Positions 24,408 through 38,631 of a DNA stretch of 64,000 nt are shown one piece after another. Under the pieces are notes generated by a model that saw only the letters and a list, made by a program, of their open reading frames with translations, searched no databases and was not told where the DNA came from. The position numbers and the translations under genes were made by a program. The stretch's first letter is position 1, and every line of letters begins with the position of its first letter. The DNA is from Mobula hypostoma. Lineage: Eukaryota. The DNA lies in the NCBI RefSeq assembly GCF_963921235.1, contig NC_086123.1:18228001-18292000 (forward strand). Reading direction: 5' to 3'.

Positions 24408-25439
24408 CTAGTTCACGCGGACCGGGATCGATCGGATGGCTGTTGATGAGCTCGTTTGCTGTTCAACAGTCTGCCCCTCCCTGGATGTTCCTTGTTCAGT
24501 GGCTGATCTGCGACATCTTAAATTAAGACGAAGTAGAGCTTTCTCCAAAGCATGTTGAAACTGCGAAGTTGAAAAATAGTAAATAATGGGATCGACCACA
24601 CTGTTCAGATACGTTATAAACAACGTATTGTAAAATATATTCGCTGCTATGTGATACGACTTGCTGTCGAATGGATTTCTTAGTTTAGTCACCAAAACCG
24701 CGACCACAGCAACACTGGTGGGCAAGAAGCAAATGACAAAAACCGCAGCCACGGCTATCACAAGTTTCACAGTTCGCTTATATTTAGCCCGCATTCCAGC
24801 TTCCATCTGCCGTAACCTCCAGATGATGGAGGACGTAGAGAACAGGATAACTGAAACTGGCAAAAGAAACTTAAAGAATATAAAAATAAAGTCAGTCCAA
24901 ATTGCTGTGGGACGCAGAGCCTTGTTTATGCTGAAAGGCTCACAGTTTGTCACGTTGTGTTGTTTGAAATCATGTCGATATTTCAGCAAGGGCAAGCAAA
25001 TAGCCACCGCTACAATCCACAGACCGCCTGCTATCATCACCGCACACCTTGTAGAGATCCCGTTTACCTTGTGGAGTGGATGGACCACCTTAAAGTAACG
25101 ATCGATCGCTATAACCATGAGGAAAAAGACGCTGCCAATCCGGTTCAGGGAAATCATGAATATGTTCAGTCGACACAGTCCATCACCAAAAATCCAGTCC
25201 TTCCTTCGGATAAAATAAACAGCCCGAAAAGGCAGACAGTACATTAACAGAGTGTCCGCAATCATGAGATTCAGTGAATACACAATACTTGGTTTCCGCG
25301 ACTTCACATGAACACAAAATATCCACAAAGCAATCGTATTTCCAGCAAGCCCGAGGATGAATGTGACGATAATTACGGGCGGGTTGTAGGATGAGTTAAC
25401 ATCATCACCAGGAGCACATTGCGGGGTCGAGTTCGCCAT
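24408..25439 (-). CDS. HCAR-like GPCR, copy A2, 343 aa
   Basis: Intact ORF with the same motifs as A1; about 33 amino-acid differences by manual count. Confidence 0.93.
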   Translation of the reverse strand: [343 protein letters not shown]

Positions 25440-28400
25440 TGTGCGAAAAAGTCAAGTTGTGTCCGGGGAGAGCAAACTCAATCAGAGACAAACAATCTGT
25501 AAAGTTGATCTTCGAATGAGTTTGTTCCCCTGTGGGTGAACTATATGGGCGGAGTGAAATAGTCAGAGCACCAATAAATTGTGCGATCGAATAATCAATT
25601 CCCTGAAAACTGGGCGCATCAGCATTTAAATTAAGCAGCAAACAATGAAATATATTTAGCTTTCATTGCCAGGCATAAAATTGTACAATACTTAGTTTTG
25701 CTGTTGAGTGCATGAATAATTTTGTATTAAAAATTAATGAGGGGGCGTAATTTTAAGCTGATATGAGGGAAGTGTAGGGGGACGTCAGAGGCAGAGTTCT
25801 TTACGTAGCAAGGTTGGGTGCGAGGAACACGCTGCCAAGTTTGGTGGTAGAGGCAGATACATTAGGGGCATTTCTGAACCGTTAGGTAGGCAGAAGGATG
25901 ATAGAAAACTGGAGGACTATGTAGGGTTTGACTGATCTCAAAGTAGATTAAAATTCGACACACATCGTACTGTGATATAACATGTTCTTTTAAAAAGGAC
26001 ATATTATGTAATAGTAATCAACTCCAAAAATTATTTCACTGTTACTAAATGCATTCTTGTAATATCTCCTGCCGACAATTAACATCAAAATGTACTGGGA
26101 TATGAATTAAAAGCAGAAAACGCAGAAAAAAATTCCGGCATGTCAACTATGGAAAGAAAATCAGAGATAATGCTTCAGTATGTAGGTCTTTCATTATATT
26201 TCTTTTGGATTTCAACAGTTATTGATTATCTTTTGAGATGGAGACGACTCCCTGAACATCATCTGGTACCAGTGAAGGTGCTGTATTTAAGCAAATCTTC
26301 TTTATTTTAAGGATTTGTAATATACAAGTCCATCTACTTCCTCTGGTTTGGGAAAGCGATTCAGCTTGAGTGACACGGCTACTGAACAGAATGGTTTCAA
26401 AATATCTGAGTGGATCAATATCTATCCTGATGTGCAATGGGGATGCTGAGAGACATTATGGGATCAGGAAAGAGGAAAGAGTCAAAGCAGCAGAGGGCTT
26501 CAAAGGTATCACAGCTATTTGTGAACCATTAGCCTGCGGGGAGGCGGTAACAATCCGTAAGTTATGAAATTGACGCTGGAGGGTAAATAGAGTCTTCTGG
26601 GCAAATACGTCAGGGATTCCTAAGGGAGATTCAAGCCTGATACTCAGTGGTGGTGGGTCGTGTTCCCATTGGAAATACGAGAAAGTGTCCAGGAGCTGAC
26701 GTTCAGGAGAGGGTAATTTGCACAAGCACTCTCACACTGTCCTTGTCAGCAGACTTGACGAGTCATTCCAGGAGTCATTCTTATTGAAGAGAGTCTTGCA
26801 AATGCAGGTTCAGTAGAGGGAGCAAATTGAAATATTTAGTTCTGAGTTGGCAGAGAGTGATGAATGGATCAGGAGAAGGAAAGGGCTTTCAAGAGTGACC
26901 AGGATTTGTAAAGGAATCTGGAAATGGGGATCTCAAATGTTGAGTACACCTGATCATGGGGACTCTAGCTTTTTAACCTCTTCTCAAGTAGGTCTGGAAT
27001 CAAGCATCACTCAAGTCACACATGGGAAAAGCAGGACCTGGGGATCGACTGTTGCTGAATATATCTCCAGCAGTGTGAATGCTGAGAATGTTACTGTACG
27101 AGCTGAGTGGAGGGAGAGTGTGACGGAGAGGGATAAGCAGCAACACAGGCTCTTCCAAGTCATCCAACAGGCAGAAGCTTGGATCAACTTTGGCTGTGAG
27201 GTTATCGATACACTCGAAACAGTACACCAGAAATGAATGCAGGACCAGGCCATAGAGATCCCTGAACTTCACCCAGAATTCACTCAGATCATCACCTCAA
27301 CACTTGCTACACATTGGCACAAATGGCAGAACCTCTGCCTCACTGCACCAGAACTCTGGGTTCAACAAATAACCCTGGATTCCTTTGGGTCTTACCCCTT
27401 GAACATGACCCCGCTAAGGAGCACCAGGCCATTGTCTCCCACACCGTCCTGACGAAGGGTCTCGAAAACGTTGACTGTACTTCTTCCTATAGATGCTGCC
27501 TGGCCTGCTGCTTTCCACCAGCATTTTGTGTGTGTTGCATCTCACTTTAAGCACACTCTACCTTGTTATTTCATGTTCGTCTTATTTACTGCTCGTTATT
27601 TAGATTTGCATTTGCACCGTTTCTTGTTCGTTGATCCTGCTTACAGTTACTGATCTATAGATTTACCGCATGCCCGCATGGAAAAGAGTCCCAGGGTTGT
27701 ACATGGTGGCATGTCTGTACTCTAAAAATCAATTTTACTTTTAAAATTGAACTTTTGAACTTTGAACATGATTGCCTGATTGGATAATTATCGAGCTGGT
27801 GGGCAGGTGTGCTTCATAAAATGGCCACTATTGGGATTCAGGTAAAAGTCTGTAATGGCCACTGGCCACTATGAATGAAAGGCTCCTGCAGGTACACTAC
27901 CTGCTGACCGGAATTCCTGGGAGTTCTGTTGATGTCCACTTAGATAAAGATTGAAGATGATGGATTCCAAAGGGTCTCCCAGGTATCAGAGCAGACCTGC
28001 TGTCAGATAATTTAACCACTGGAGGCGCTAGTCTGGTGAAGATCAGAGGCACCAAGCTTTATCACTCGGACTTATTTCATAATTTATTAGCATAATTTAC
28101 ATATTACTATTTAGCTATTTATTGTTCTATTACTATTTATTATTTATGGTGCAACTATAACGAAAACCAATTTCCCCCGGATCAATAAAGTGTGACTACT
28201 GCTACTACTACTACGACTGCTGCTTCTATCAGGTTCCCCCTATAGCAGGTGAGTTATTCTGCCGAGCCTCCCAGTGCTCATGCTGAGAAATACAAAACGA
28301 ATTCAAGTCTTTGTGTCCTAATGCTCAGACAATCCTTCATTGCCACCTCAATTTCTACTTCACTTCAATCCTTCAGTCTTCCTCCAATCTTGCTGCCGTC

Positions 28401-29627
28401 ACTGCGGACACGTCTGCCTCATTCAACAAATATGAATAACCACGCCGACTTTGTGAAACCCTGGCCAACGGCTACTCAAAGTACAGAAGGCACATTGAGG
28501 ATGGAACTGAGAAGCCCATGCCCATACTTCAGAAACGCAGGAAAGAGCTGCGTTATCAGTAGGAGGAGCAGACCACCTCACCTACACCCACTCCACACCC
28601 TGTCATTCTGCTCATCTGTGGAAAACCATAAAACCATCAAAAGCTATTGGATCAGAACTAGGCTAATCGGACCAGCGAGTCTGCTCCACTACTTAATCAT
28701 GGCTGAGTTTCTGTTTCCAACTCCAGTCTCCCAACTTCATCCTATAACCCTTAAAACCCCCTTAACAACCAAGAAACTATAAATCTTGTCTAAAGTACAC
28801 TCAATGATTTGGCCCCAAACGCCCTATATGACAATGAATTCCACAGACTCCCCACACTCAGGCTGCGGAAATTTCTCATCTCATTTCGAAAGAGATGACC
28901 CTTTATTCTGGGGATGTGCCCTCGGATCCTAGACCTCTGGATCCTTGGATCCTCCCCCACTAATGGAAACATCCTCTGCACATCTACATTATCAGGTTTT
29001 GTGGTTCCTCACATTGAGATGACTAATTACCTCAGAATGGAAAAAAAATGCATCTAGAGGAACAGACAGGAGTGGATAATGATCCTTATCTGAACAACTG
29101 GACATATTGCACCCTGCGTGCATTTAATATTTTGTAATAGTTGAGTACTCTTGTATATAGATTGCTTAATTAAGGATTCTTGTTATAATTAGTTTAAATT
29201 TCTATGGAAATTACGTTATTTGGACACGTCATCACATGATACGGGCAGTCATCGCTTGAAGTAAAAGAACAAAGTTTAAAACTCACATCTCTTGGCTCTT
29301 GTTTTCTTTTGAGTCAGTTTAAGGTTTTGGAGCTACAAAACATAACCCAGGGCCCTCGGGCCACAGTCGATCATGGTGCTTGTAATGTGGTGAGGCAGTT
29401 CAGTCTATCTTAAAGTCATTCACTGATGCACTGTTGCCCTACTCAGAATAATAAATACCTGTTAGCTCAATTTCAGGGTTCAGGTGAATTTTGGGCAGGT
29501 ATATGGATGGTAGGCAAATGGAGGGCTATGGACCCGGTGAAGGCCAATGAGAGTAGGCAGTTTAAATGGTTTGGTACGGACTAGATCGGCCAAAGGACCT
29601 GTTTCTGTACTGTACTTTCCCTTGATG

Positions 29628-29771
29628 CTAAGATTTTACATGAAAATAAAATATCTAGAAAGCAGTTGTATTTCTGACTAGTCCTAGGATGATTGTTATA
29701 ATAAATACTGGTGGTCTGTGAGCAGGATTGACGACCTCACTAGAGACACATTGCTGGGCCGATTTCTCCAT
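29628..29771 (-). pseudogene. Ancient HCAR-like remnant (duplicate of 23112-23255)
   Basis: Lies within the 6,516-bp duplication. Confidence 0.8.
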
Positions 29772-30923
29772 TGTCAAAAGAAAACTTTTATTCAAAGATA
29801 ATCATATGTGCATACAGCAAAGTTCAGAGCATCAAAATTCAGAATTCAAAATTTTCCAATATTGCCACCAGAATGCATAAGATTATTGTACGGAAATACA
29901 TCCGGCTTTGTAATCGGAACTTTGCATGTCATACCATAGAAATGTATAATACTTCATTTCGATATTAAGTACATAAACCATTTGTATGGTTCTATCAAAA
30001 CCATTAAACTTTATTCGCTATTCAGAGTTCACTCCTAATTCTGTTGAAATGCAAATTCTCTACATGAATGAAAATTGTCCAATTGGAAACTCACCCTACT
30101 CCAGCTCCCATCACAAACTGGTAAATTGGTCCAGCAGGTGTCCTCAATGAGATGAGCAGAATAGTATTCAAATCCATCTCATTGATTATACAGCATTGCT
30201 CTTCCATGCACTTTACGTGACAGAGGTCAGTGAGACAACAGTATCCCAGAGTAGATTTTCTGTTACCACAAAGATCTGCTGAATGAAGCTTAAAAGTTAT
30301 TTCTGCTCTCCTTCATGCAGCCTGGACATGGTTTACCATGGTTGTAGGAGGAGAGGCAGCAATAGTTCCACGCAACACACTCTATCATGGTGTTTAAGTT
30401 CATGTGAGTAATCGGAGAATGACACCTCACGTTGAGCGGGACCCTTTCCCGCCTGGTCTCCCGAGGCCAGGGTCCGACCACCACAGCGGGTGGTGGTGCA
30501 GCCGGATCCCCTCCACATCCCCGCGCCCTCCCTACACCCACCCTAATAGGATCGGGACCAGAGCCCCCAGCAGCCAGGAGCACCCAGCCTGGATGAGCCC
30601 AGACCCCGTCCCCTCCACAGTTCCCGGTAAAAGCGGCGTAGTTCCCTCAGAGCATCACGTCATCCAGGATCCGCGTGCCCTCCTGCCAAAATAAAATAGG
30701 GAACCCATGCTTTAAAGACAGCGTTTCTTAATAAACAACCTTTGAAATAAACTTACTTTATGTAGATAAGATGCAGTATCTTCTCTACATATAAAGGGAA
30801 GTGTATTTCAGAACTTGTTACTTAAGCTCGACTTATCTCGCACCAACATTTTCAGAATTGATCAATTTCTGCGTCCGGTCGCACTTATCAGCTTTACTTT
30901 GATCACGTAACAATAAAGAGCAT

Positions 30924-31955
30924 CTAGTTCACGCGGACCGGGATCGATCGGATGGCTGTTGATGAGCTCGTTTGCTGTTCAACAGTCTGCCCCTCCCTGG
31001 ATGTTCCTTGTTCAGTGGCTGATCTGCGACATCTTAAATTAAGACGAAGTAGAGCTTTCTCCAAAGCATGTTGAAACTGCGAAGTTGAAAAATAGTAAAT
31101 AATGGGATCGACCACACTGTTCAGATACGTTATAAACAACGTATTGTAAAATATATTCGCTGCTATGTGATACGACTTGCTGTCGAATGGATTTCTTAGT
31201 TTAGTCACCAAAACCGCGACCACAGCAACACTGGTGGGCAAGAAGCAAATGACAAAAACCGCAGCCACGGCTATCACAAGTTTCACAGTTCGCTTATATT
31301 TAGCCCGCATTCCAGCTTCCATCTGCCGTAACCTCCAGATGATGGAGGACGTAGAGAACAGGATAACTGAAACTGGCAAAAGAAACTTAAAGAATATAAA
31401 AATAAAGTCAGTCCAAATTGCTGTGGGACGCAGAGCCTTGTTTATGCTGAAAGGCTCACAGTTTGTCACGTTGTGTTGTTTGAAATCATGTCGATATTTC
31501 AGCAAGGGCAAGCAAATAGCCACCGCTACAATCCACAGACCGCCTGCTATCATCACCGCACACCTTGTAGAGATCCCGTTTACCTTGTGGAGTGGATGGA
31601 CCACCTTAAAGTAACGATCGATCGCTATAACCATGAGGAAAAAGACGCTGCCAATCCGGTTCAGGGAAATCATGAATATGTTCAGTCGACACAGTCCATC
31701 ACCAAAAATCCAGTCCTTCCTTCGGATAAAATAAACAGCCCGAAAAGGCAGACAGTACATTAACAGAGTGTCCGCAATCATGAGATTCAGTGAATACACA
31801 ATACTTGGTTTCCGCGACTTCACATGAACACAAAATATCCACAAAGCAATCGTATTTCCAGCAAGCCCGAGGATGAATGTGACGATAATTACGGGCGGGT
31901 TGTAGGATGAGTTAACATCATCACCAGGAGCACATTGCGGGGTCGAGTTCGCCAT
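30924..31955 (-). CDS. HCAR-like GPCR, copy A2', identical to A2
   Basis: Identical translation to 24408-25439. Confidence 0.9.
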   Translation of the reverse strand: [343 protein letters not shown]

Positions 31956-34900
31956 TGTGCGAAAAAGTCAAGTTGTGTCCGGGGAGAGCAAACTCAATCA
32001 GAGACAAACAATCTGTAAAGTTGATCTTCGAATGAGTTTGTTCCCCTGTGGGTGAACTATATGGGCGGAGTGAAATAGTCAGAGCACCAATAAATTGTGC
32101 GATCGAATAATCAATTCCCTGAAAACTGGGCGCATCAGCATTTAAATTAAGCAGCAAACAATGAAATATATTTAGCTTTCATTGCCAGGCATAAAATTGT
32201 ACAATACTTAGTTTTGCTGTTGAGTGCATGAATAATTTTGTATTAAAAATTAATGAGGGGGCGTAATTTTAAGCTGATATGAGGGAAGTGTAGGGGGACG
32301 TCAGAGGCAGAGTTCTTTACGTAGCAAGGTTGGGTGCGAGGAACACGCTGCCAAGTTTGGTGGTAGAGGCAGATACATTAGGGGCATTTCTGAACCGTTA
32401 GGTAGGCAGAAGGATGATAGAAAACTGGAGGACTATGTAGGGTTTGACTGATCTCAAAGTAGATTAAAATTCGACACACATCGTACTGTGATATAACATG
32501 TTCTTTTAAAAAGGACATATTATGTAATAGTAATCAACTCCAAAAATTATTTCACTGTTACTAAATGCATTCTTGTAATATCTCCTGCCGACAATTAACA
32601 TCAAAATGTACTGGGATATGAATTAAAAGCAGAAAACGCAGAAAAAAATTCCGGCATGTCAACTATGGAAAGAAAATCAGAGATAATGCTTCAGTATGTA
32701 GGTCTTTCATTATATTTCTTTTGGATTTCAACAGTTATTGATTATCTTTTGAGATGGAGACGACTCCCTGAACATCATCTGGTACCAGTGAAGGTGCTGT
32801 ATTTAAGCAAATCTTCTTTATTTTAAGGATTTGTAATATACAAGTCCATCTACTTCCTCTGGTTTGGGAAAGCGATTCAGCTTGAGTGACACGGCTACTG
32901 AACAGAATGGTTTCAAAATATCTGAGTGGATCAATATCTATCCTGATGTGCAATGGGGATGCTGAGAGACATTATGGGATCAGGAAAGAGGAAAGAGTCA
33001 AAGCAGCAGAGGGCTTCAAAGGTATCACAGCTATTTGTGAACCATTAGCCTGCGGGGAGGCGGTAACAATCCGTAAGTTATGAAATTGACGCTGGAGGGT
33101 AAATAGAGTCTTCTGGGCAAATACGTCAGGGATTCCTAAGGGAGATTCAAGCCTGATACTCAGTGGTGGTGGGTCGTGTTCCCATTGGAAATACGAGAAA
33201 GTGTCCAGGAGCTGACGTTCAGGAGAGGGTAATTTGCACAAGCACTCTCACACTGTCCTTGTCAGCAGACTTGACGAGTCATTCCAGGAGTCATTCTTAT
33301 TGAAGAGAGTCTTGCAAATGCAGGTTCAGTAGAGGGAGCAAATTGAAATATTTAGTTCTGAGTTGGCAGAGAGTGATGAATGGATCAGGAGAAGGAAAGG
33401 GCTTTCAAGAGTGACCAGGATTTGTAAAGGAATCTGGAAATGGGGATCTCAAATGTTGAGTACACCTGATCATGGGGACTCTAGCTTTTTAACCTCTTCT
33501 CAAGTAGGTCTGGAATCAAGCATCACTCAAGTCACACATGGGAAAAGCAGGACCTGGGGATCGACTGTTGCTGAATATATCTCCAGCAGTGTGAATGCTG
33601 AGAATGTTACTGTACGAGCTGAGTGGAGGGAGAGTGTGACGGAGAGGGATAAGCAGCAACACAGGCTCTTCCAAGTCATCCAACAGGCAGAAGCTTGGAT
33701 CAACTTTGGCTGTGAGGTTATCGATACACTCGAAACAGTACACCAGAAATGAATGCAGGACCAGGCCATAGAGATCCCTGAACTTCACCCAGAATTCACT
33801 CAGATCATCACCTCAACACTTGCTACACATTGGCACAAATGGCAGAACCTCTGCCTCACTGCACCAGAACTCTGGGTTCAACAAATAACCCTGGATTCCT
33901 TTGGGTCTGGAGTTTGCACAATCACCCTGAACTACATGGGCTTCTTCTGGGTGCTTCAGTACCCCTGCCACCTTGCAAACAAATGCATCTCAGTAGATGA
34001 ATGTCCTGCTGTATATCACTACAAATATTAGGCCATTGGGGCATAAGATATAGGTGCACAATTAGGGTATTTGGCCCATTGACTTTGCTTTCATCGTCGC
34101 TGACACATTTCCCGTCTCAGCCCCAACCTCCTGTCTTCTCCACCTGTCCCTTCTTGACTAATTAAGAATCTATAAACCTTTGCCTTAAATATACCCAATA
34201 CCCTGGCTTCCACAGCGACCTGTGGCATCGAATTACACAGAGTCACCACACTCTGGCTAAAGAAATTCCTCCTGATTTCCATTCTAAAAGGACATCCCTG
34301 TATTATAAGGCTGTATCCTCTGGTTTTAGACACCTGAACTATAGCAAACATCTTCTCCACATCCTCTCTTGGTAGGTGGTAGAGTGTGGGAGAAACCAAG
34401 GAATATGTGGGGAGAAATTTTAAAATATTGGATTAATTTAGTATTTGGGTTAATTTAGTATTTGGGTAAATGGATGCTTGACAGTCACCAGAAACATAAA
34501 GGCGTAACTTGTTAATTTCTCCCCGTGACTTATAGAATTAACTATATCTGTATTCAAACCCAGAAGTTTTAAGTTGCTAGTTGCCATAAACCACATGGAA
34601 TATGCAGCTTGTCACGCACGTGGAACGGTGGAAAGCCTCACTCTCAATTACTCAGCTTCATTCACGACAGCTCATTAACCATATTAGGAACAATTCCTCA
34701 TACCATTCCTTCACTCAGATTGACTCAATCCCTTCCCACCCAGGGAACTTGGTGCTAATCTAAAAGAAAGATGAGTTACTCAGAGAGCAAGAGTGCCCTT
34801 ACGTTCTCATCAAAGCCACCAATTTCGGAATTTAGGCAAAAGCCCATAACAGCCACTGTGAGTGGAAGGATACTGCAGGTACAGTACCTGCCAACCAGAA

Positions 34901-35098
34901 TGCCCAGGAATCTGATTTCAACCTGGATAAAGACAGATGATGGCAGATTCCAAACGGTCTCCCGGAGTATCAGAGCAGCCCTGCAGTGAGGTTATTGAAA
35001 CAGTGGAGGAACCAGCCTGGTGAAGATCAAAGGCGCAAAACCTCATCACTTGGACTTCTATCAGGTTCCCTCATATTGCCTGTGTGTTATCCTGCCAG

Positions 35099-36417
35099 TG
35101 TTACACGGAGGCTGCTGGAGTGACTGGAGGCGGACCCAAGTGCAGGACACAGGCACGGAGACAGACTAAACAGAAATGTATTTATTGATAGCTACTAAGA
35201 TGGCCAGGGAGCGAGGATAAAAAACCAACATGGACATGAACTTTGGATAACAAACTGGTAAAACCTGGACTTGGAATTCGGCTGGGACACAGAGCCTGGT
35301 CTTGGACTCGGACTCAGACACCAAGCCTGGATGTGGACTTGGACTCAGAACCTGGACCTGGACTTCAGCTCGGACACGGAGCCTGGACTTGAACTCGGAC
35401 TCAGACACAAAGCCTGGACTTGGGCTTGGACTTGGACTTGGAACCTGGACTTCGACTTCAGCTCGGACACAGGAGCCTGGACTTGCACTCAGAATCTGGA
35501 CTTGGAATTGGACTCAGACACGGAACCGGGATTCAGACTTGGACTCGGACAAGGAGCCGGGACTCAGACTTGGAGTCAGACAAGGAGCCGGGACTCAGAC
35601 TTGGGCTTGGACACAGATCCTGTACTTAGACTAGGACTCGGACACAGAGCCAGGACTTGAACTTGGATTTGGACCCGAAACCCGGACCTGGGCTTGGACT
35701 CGGAGCCAGGAATTGGAATTGGAATTGGACTTGGATCCGGAACCTGGACCTGGGCTTGGACTCGGACACAGAACCAGGACTTAGGCTTGGACTTGGGCTT
35801 GGACTCAGAACCTGGACTGGCGCTTGGACGCTGGACTCGAACTTGGGCTCGGTCACTGAGCCTGGCCTTAGGCTTGGACTTGGACTAGTACTCGGAATGA
35901 CAAAACAACAACAGTCCATTCGAGTAGCACCAAACGGCCTGCCTACTGAGCTGGATACGAGACGACTAAACAACGACAGTCATTTGGAGTAGCGGCAAAC
36001 ATACTGCCTGCTCAGCCGGATACAAGACGACGAAATCCATACCACGACAGTCCATTCAAATCTCGGCTTGGAGAAGTTGCCACCCGCCAGCAAATCTCAG
36101 CTGGCCATGGAAACGGCAGAGTTCGTACCTTTGGCTCGGAGTGGCGTCAAATGGCCGACAACTCAGCTGGACACGAAAACGACCGAATCCATGATGCAAA
36201 CCCGGGCACCGGAGCCACTTAGAGTCCACAATGAACGGGGACCCAAATTGGGTACAACTGCACTTGCTCAGGTGACGGTCCAGCACTGAGTAGCTGTTAG
36301 CTGGAGTTTTTACGCTGCCAGCACAGATGGGAATCAGCTGCCTTAATCAAGACACCCGACGCACCATGGGGAAAAGGAAATAACTGGAATGAGGAGTCAA
36401 TGGACTGGACCGTGACA
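35099..36417. mobile_element. Solo-LTR-like minisatellite element (paralog of 5301-6662)
   Basis: TGTTAC...GTGACA termini with GCCAG TSD. Confidence 0.7.
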
Positions 36418-37444
36418 GCCAGGAATGCCAGTGCCCATGCTGAGATATACAATATGAACTCCTGCCTTTGAGTCCCAAACCTCCAGACAATCCTTCATTG
36501 CCATCAGTAATTCTACATCACTGAAGGCCTTTGGCTTTCCTCCAGTCATGGTGCCATCGCTGGGGACATGACTGCCTCACTCAACAAATGCAAGGTGCCA
36601 TCTGACTGTGGGAACCCCTGGCGTACAGCTGTTCAAAGTAGAGAAGGAGCATTTGGAATGGAACTGAATTCATGCCCATACTTCAGAAATACTACAAAGA
36701 GCTGCGTAATTAGTAGGCGGAGCAGACCACCTCTGCTACACCCACTCCACACCCTGTCAGGAAGCAACTGCCCATCTGTGGAGGACCATAAAACCATCGT
36801 AAGATATTGGATCAGAATTGGCCTATTGGGACCACTGAGTCTGATCCTCCATTTAATTATGCCTGAGTTTCTGTTTTCAACTCCCGTCTCTCAACTTCAT
36901 CCTACAACCCATAAACCCCATCACAATCAAGAACCTATAAATCATTGTCTTAAATACACTCAATGATTCGGCCTCCTCCGCCCTATAAAACAATGAATTC
37001 CACAGATTCCCCGCACTCTGTCTGTGGAAATTGCTCATCTCACTTCCAAAGAGATCTCCCTTTATTTTGAGGCTGTGCCCCTCGATCCTTGGATCCTTTG
37101 GATCCTCCCCTACTAATAGAAACATCCGTGACTAATGACATCAGAATGGGGAAAAAACATCTATAGGAACAGACTGGAGTGGATAATGTTCCTTATCTGA
37201 AGAGGTGGACATATTCCAAACCTGTTGTATATTTAATATTCTGTAATATTTAAGTAATATTGTATATATATATTTGTTGATTGATGATTCTTCTTATAAT
37301 TAACATTAATTTCTATGTAAATAACGTTAATTGCCTTGGTCATCGCATGATAAGGGTGTGCCTCATTGGAAGTAAAAGAACATTAAGAGTCGCTTCTTTC
37401 AGCTCTTGTTTGGTTTTGAATTAGTTTAACGTTTTGGACTTACA

Positions 37445-38631
37445 AACCCAGAGTCATCAAACGCTTTTGATTCCTCACGTTGATGCAAAAAAAAAATGAA
37501 GCATAAAGTGACCAAAACTGTTCAACAATCCCATGTGGAAAATAAAATGATGTCGATCCAAATTGCTGCAGTATTGAAAGTATATAACTCATGTTGCTGG
37601 GCACACATTGTGTCGCTTGTAGACGTGTGGCTCTTTATTTTGATTTATTTCGAGATTTAGCACACCAACAGGCCCTTCCGGCTCACTGACCTCCTGCCCA
37701 ATTACACCCATGTCACCAATTAGCCTCCTAATCCAAACGTGTTTGGAATGCAGCAGGAAAGCCGAGCACCAGGAGGAACCCACCATGCGGTCAAAGATGG
37801 AATGTACATACTGCTTACAGACAGCAGGTAGAAAAAAATCAGCAAGTAGAAACAAATGGCGGTTTGACAATTGACAGAGCCCCATGCGTCATCATTCCGT
37901 ACATCCTGTTTACATTACAGACTGCTTGCGCCATCTTAAAACTGTGATAGTTAAGTTCATTAGAATGATGACGTTGTCAATCAAGTTTTTTAAAAGTCAT
38001 AAATATCTTGAGGGGTCATGGAACATCACAAAAAATCCAGTGCTTCTCAGTTACAAAGTCATCACCTTGCAATGGGACATGACAGCACATGAACAATGTC
38101 TGCAAATACCAGATTCACAATTTCTACAATTCATGTATACACAATACTGCATCTGAATTCCATGATTTGATCTCCAGCTACATAGAGAGGGTAAATGCAA
38201 GCAGGCTTTTTCCAATGAGGCTCGGTGGGACAGCAACTAGAGGTCATGGGTTAAGGGTTAAAGGTGAAAGGTTTAAGCGGAACATGAGGATAGTGAGAGT
38301 GCGGAACGAGCTTCCAGCACAGTATTGCATGTGAATTCGATGTCAATGTGTTAACAGAAGTTTGCAGCGGTACATGGATGGTAGGCTTTTGGAAGGCTCT
38401 GGTCCCAGTGGAGGTCATTGAGAGCAGGCAGTTTAAATGGTTTGGTATGGACTAGAGAGGCCCAAAGGCCTCTTTCTGTGCTGCACTCTATGATTTTACA
38501 TGAAAATAAAATATCTACAAAGCAGTTATATTTCTGACTAGTCCTAGGATGATTGTTATAATAACTACTGGTGGGCTGTGAGCAGGGTTGTTGACCTCAC
38601 TAGAGACACATTGATGGGCCGATTTAGCCAT
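37445..38631 (-). pseudogene. Most complete ancient HCAR-like pseudogene (N-terminus to TM5), split by two insertions
   Basis: 38631-38488 reads MAKSAHQCVSSEVNNPAHSPPVVIITIILGLVRNITAL*IFYFHVKS. A CR1 3' end occupies about 38165-38487. About 38120-38020 reads VNLVFADI/FMCCHVPLQGDDFVTEKHWIFCD (cf. [31 protein letters not shown]). A SINE-like insert occupies about 37635-37830. About 37570-37538 reads AAIWIDIILFS (cf. [11 protein letters not shown]). Confidence 0.85.

Larger units (their letters stand above)
20877..33908. repeat. Apparently identical 6,516-bp tandem duplication (20877-27392 / 27393-33908)
   Basis: All ORFs recur with identical translation at +6516. The junction reads ...TTTGGGTCT|TACCCCTTGAAC at 27392/27393. 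Confidence 0.95.
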
